Shown here one piece after another: positions 60,284-64,000 of a stretch of DNA of 64,000 nt. The position numbers were made by a program, and so were the translations under genes. Numbering within the stretch: position 1 is the first letter of the stretch; each line of letters starts with the position of its first letter. Below the pieces are notes generated by a model. It worked only from the letters and a program-made list of their open reading frames with translations, was not told where the DNA came from and made no database searches. The stretch is from the human T2T-CHM13v2.0 reference genome, Homo sapiens: the NCBI RefSeq assembly GCF_009914755.1, contig NC_060931.1. One strand, written 5' to 3'.

Positions 60284-60895
60284 AGCCATCACAAAATGGG
60301 GGGCCTTTATGTTCAGGTTTTGCCCAAGAATCAGCTTATTTGCTTCTTGTACTAGCAGGGCAGTTGCTGCCAAGGCCCTCAAATAGGGGGGCCATCCTTT
60401 AGCAACCCTGTCTAGTTGTTTAGAGACGTAGGCTACGGGCCTCAGCCAGGGCCCCACAGTTTGGGTTAAAAGTCCAGCTGCCATCTTTTCTCTCTCTGAC
60501 GCATACAATGGAAAAGGCTTTGTCAGATCGGGTAGCCCCAGGGCTGGGGCTGCCAGAAGATTTTCTTGTAACTCATGAAAAACTTGCTGTTGTTGGGATC
60601 CCCATTTCAAAAGTTCCGGGTCCCCGACCCCTTTGTGACCTCATACAAAGGCTTGGCTAATACTGCAATGTTTGGGATCCACAGTCTACGAAACCCCACA
60701 GCTCCTAAGAATTCTCTCACCTGCCTTCTGCCCTTAAGCTCCGGTAGATTGCAAATAACCTGCTTTCTTTCTGTTCCCGAGCTGGAGCTGCGTTGGGACC
60801 CGTCGGATCGTAAATCCCATGTAAGGTATCTGCCGTCGGAAGATTTGAACTTTCTAATTGGACACCTAACACCCACAGTCCTCCAGGTGGGTCCT
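60284..60895 (-). pseudogene. HERV-E-like pol fragment, long copy 2
   Basis: REFLGAVGFRRLWIPNIAVLAKPLYEVTKG, frameshift, then LLAAPALGLPDLTKPF...GWPPYLRALAATALLVQEANKLILGQNLNIKAPH. Confidence 0.9.
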
Positions 60896-62125
60896 AAGGA
60901 TCTTAGGAGCAACGATGGGGGGTCCTAAGCCAGGGGGGGATGAGGGTCTGGCTCTCAGTCCCTGCCTCGCGGGGGGTGCCTCCCCCCCTGTGATGGGGGT
61001 ACTAACAGCCAGGGGCGGAAGAGGGGATAGCTCTCAGTCCCCACCTTCGCGGGGGGTGCCTCCCCCTCGTGCGATGGGGGTCCTAAGATCCAGGGGGGGA
61101 AGAGGGACTGGCTCTCAGTCCCTGCCTCGCGGGGGGTGCCTCCCCCCCTGCGATGGGGGTACTCACAGCCAGGGGTGGAAGAGGGGATAGCTCTCAGTCC
61201 CCACTCTCGTGGGGGGTGCCTCCCCCTCCTGCGATGGGGGTCCTCAGAGCCGGGGGGGAAGAGGGTCTGGCTCTCAGTAATCCCACGTAAGGTACCTGCT
61301 GTCGGAAGATTTGAACTTTCTACTTGGACAACTAACACCCACAGTCCTCCAGGTGGGTCCTAAGGATCTTAGGATCAACGATGGGGGGTCCTAAGCCGGT
61401 GGGGGAAGAGGGTCTGGCTCTCAGTCCCCGCCTCGCGGGGGGTGCCTCCCCCCTCTGCGATGGGGGTCCTAAGAGCCAGTGGGGGAACCAGGGGCTGGCT
61501 CTCAATCCCTGCCTCGCGGGGGTGACTCCCCCCTCCTGCGATGGGGGTACCAACAGCCAGGGGCGGAAGAGGGGATAGCTCTCAGTCCCCACCCTCGTGG
61601 GGTTGCCTCCCCCTCCTGCGATGGGGGTCCTAAGAGCCTGGGGAGGAAGAGGGACTGGCTCTCAGTAATCCCACGTAAGGTACCTGCCGTCGGAAGATTT
61701 GAACTTTCTACTTGGACAACTAACACCCACAGTCCTCCAGGTGGGTCCTAAGGATCTTAGGATCAATGATGGGGGGTCCTAAGCCAGGGGGGAAGAGGGT
61801 CTGGCACTCAGTCCCTGCCTCGCGGGGGGTGCCTCCGCCCCCAGCGATGGGGGTCCTAAGAGCAAAGGGGGGAAGAGGGGCTCCCTCTCAGTCCCCGCGT
61901 CGCGAGGGGTGCCTCCTCCCCTGCGATGAGGGTGCAAAGAGCCAGGGGAGGAAAGGGGGAGGTTCGCAGTCCCCGCCTCGCGGGGATTGCCTCCCCCACT
62001 GCGATAGTGGTCCTAAGAGCCAGGGGGGGAAGAGGGGTTGGCTCTGAGTCCCCGCCTCGCGGGGGGTGCCTCCCCCCACTGCGATGGGAGTCCCAAGAGC
62101 CAGGGGGGAAGAGGGGATGGATCTC

Positions 62126-62732
62126 AGCCATCACAAAATGGGGGGCCTTTATATTCAGGTTTTACCCAAGAATCAGCTTATTTGCTTCTTGTACTAGCAG
62201 GGCAGTTGCTGCCAAGGCCCTCTAATAGGGGGGCCATCCTTTAGAAACCTGTCTAGTTGTTTAGAGACGTAGGCTACCGGCCTCAGCCAGGGCCCCACAG
62301 TTTGGGTTAAAAGTCCAGCTGCCATCTTTTCTCTCTCTGACGCATACAATGGAAAAGGCTTTGTCAGATCGGGTAGCCCCAGGGCTGGGGCTGCCAGAAG
62401 TTTTTCCTTTAACTAATGAAAGACTTGCTGTTGTCGGGATCCCCATTTCAAAGTTTCCGGGTCCCCGCCCCCTTTGTGACCTCATACAAAGGCTTGGCTA
62501 ATACTGCAATGTTTGGGATCCACAGTCTACGAAACCCCACAGCTCCTAAGAATTCTCTCACCTGCCTTCTGCCCTTAAGCTCCGGTAGATTGCAAATAAC
62601 CTGCTTTCTTTCTGTTCCCGAGCTGCGTTCGGACCCATGTCTTATTGTAAATCCCACGCAAGGTACCTGCCGTCGGAAGATTTGAGCTTTCTTCTTGAAC
62701 ACCTCATACCCACAGTCCTCCAGGTGGTTCCT
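62126..62732 (-). pseudogene. HERV-E-like pol fragment, long copy 3 (most divergent copy)
   Basis: One frame reads LRNHLEDCGYEVFKKKAQIFRRQVPCVGFTIRHGSERSSGTERKQVICNLPELKGRRQVREFLGAVGFRRLWIPN. Confidence 0.9.
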
Positions 62733-62872
62733 AAGGATCTTAGGATCCCCGATGGGCGTCCTAAGCCAGTGGGGGAAGAGGGGCTGGCTCTCAGTCCCCG
62801 CCTTGCGGGGGGTGTCTCCCCACCCTGTGATGGGGGTCACAAGAGCCAGAGGGGGAAGAGGGGCTGGCTCTC

Positions 62873-63478
62873 AACCACCACGAAATGGGAGGCCTTTATG
62901 TTCAGGTTTTGCCCAAGAGTAAGCTTATTTGCTTCTTTTACTAGCAGGGCAGTTGCTGCCAAAGCCCTCAAATAGGGAGGCCGTCCTTTAGCAACCCTGT
63001 CTAGTTGTTTAGAGACGTAGGCTACCGGCCTCAGCCAGGGCCCCACAGTTTGGGTTAAAAGTCCAGCTGCCATCTTTTCTCTCTCTGACGCATACAATGG
63101 AAAAGGCTTTGTCAGATCGGGTAGCCCCAGGGCTGGGGCTGCCAGAAGATTTTCTTGTAACTCATGAAAAACTTGCTGTTGTTGGGATCCCCATTTCAAA
63201 AGTTCCGGGTCCCCGACCCCTTTGTGACCTCATACAAAGGCTTGGCTAATACTGCAAAGTTTGGGATCCACAGTCTACAAAACCCCACAGCTCCTAAGAA
63301 TTCTCTCACCTGCCTTCTGCCCTTAAGCTCCGGTAGATTGCAAATAACCTGCTTTCTTTCTGTTCCCGAGCTGCGTTCGGACCCGTCTGATCGTAAATCC
63401 CATGTAAGGTACCTGCCGTCGGAAGATTTGAACGTTCTACTTGGACACCTAAAACCCACAGTCCTCCAGGTGGGTCCT
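62873..63478 (-). pseudogene. HERV-E-like pol fragment, long copy 4
   Basis: GFCRLWIPNFAVLAKPLYEVTKG, frameshift, then APALGLPDLTKPF...LRALAATALLVKEANKLTLGQNLNIKASH. Confidence 0.9.
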
Positions 63479-64000
63479 AAGGATCTTAGGAGCAACGATG
63501 GGGGGTCCTAAGCCGGGGGGGAAGAGGGTCTGGCTCTCAGTCCCCGCCTCGCGGGGGGTGCCTCCCCCCTCTGCGATGGGGGTCCTAAGAGCCAGTGGGG
63601 GAACCAGGGGCTGGCTCTCAGTCCCTGCCTCGCGGGGGGTGCCTCCCCCCCCCGCGATGAGGGTAGCAACAGCCGGGGGTGGAAGAGGGGATAACTCTCA
63701 GTCCCCACCCTCGCGGGGGGTGCCTCCCCCTCGTGCGATGGGGGTCCTAAGAGCCAGGGGGGGGAAGAGGGACTGGCTCTCAGTCCCTGCCTCGCGGGGG
63801 GTGCCTCCCCCCCTGCGATGGGGGTACTAAGAGCCAGGGGTGGAAGAGGGGATAGCTCTCAGTCCCCACTCTCGTGAGGGTTGCCTCCCCCTCCTGCGAT
63901 GGGGGTCCTCAGAGCCAGGGGGGGGAAGAGGGTCTGGCTCTCAGTAATCCCACGTAAGGTACCTGCTGTCGGAAGATTTGAACTTTCTACTTGGACAACT

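Larger units (their letters stand above)
57200..64000. repeat. Composite tandem array of GC-rich ~80-bp SATR1/SATR2-like units interleaved with HERV-E-like pol segments; runs off the window end
   Basis: Consensus GGCTCTCAGTCCCYGCCTCGCGGGGGGTGCCTCCCCCCCTGCGATGGGGGTCCTAAGAGCCAGGGGGGGAAGAGGGGCT recurs at ~80-bp spacing (57331, 57411, 57491, 57571, 57651...). About 45-50 units fall in nine blocks separated by retroviral sequence. The SATR assignment is from recalled consensus similarity. Confidence 0.93.

Noticed and set aside
57889-63478. Functional reverse transcriptase, retron- or DGR-like system, or intact provirus
   Set aside because: Each copy begins downstream of where the YxDD motif would be, ends in the connection domain and is frameshifted; no LTR, gag, integrase or env is present.
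57290-63940. SVA VNTR
   Set aside because: The unit is ~80 bp and unlike the 35-50-bp SVA VNTR; there is no CCCTCT hexamer, antisense Alu-like part or SINE-R.
57200-64000. CRISPR-like array (repeats separated by virus-derived inserts)
   Set aside because: Primate DNA with no cas genes; the repeats are contiguous ~80-bp satellite monomers, and the inserts are copies of one pol segment rather than unique spacers.

Overview
Primate (human-like) non-coding genomic DNA, most consistent with a large intron or intergenic interval; no protein-coding exon, RNA gene or prokaryote-type system can be supported. Bases 1-57,200 are ordinary repeat-rich sequence: about 17 Alu elements or fragments, L1 fragments (one 5'-inverted with an 11-bp TSD), THE1/MLT/ERV1 solo LTRs with target-site duplications, MIR/L2/CR1, hAT MITEs, microsatellites and a 1.15-kb TG-rich block. 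From about 57,200 to the window end (and probably beyond) lies a composite tandem array. It holds roughly 45-50 GC/CpG-rich ~80-bp units resembling SATR1/SATR2 satellite. These alternate with four ~600-bp and six ~55-90-bp copies of one gammaretroviral (HERV-E-like) pol segment (RT palm end, thumb and connection; minus strand; frameshifted; no YxDD, LTR, gag or env). The array has an ordered grammar of unit variants, re-amplified deletion junctions and a fold-back palindrome at each ERV/satellite junction. It recalls the duplicated 7q36 DPP6/ACTR3C region, but that is from memory and unverified. Repeat subfamily names are by-eye calls, and the edges of old repeats are approximate.
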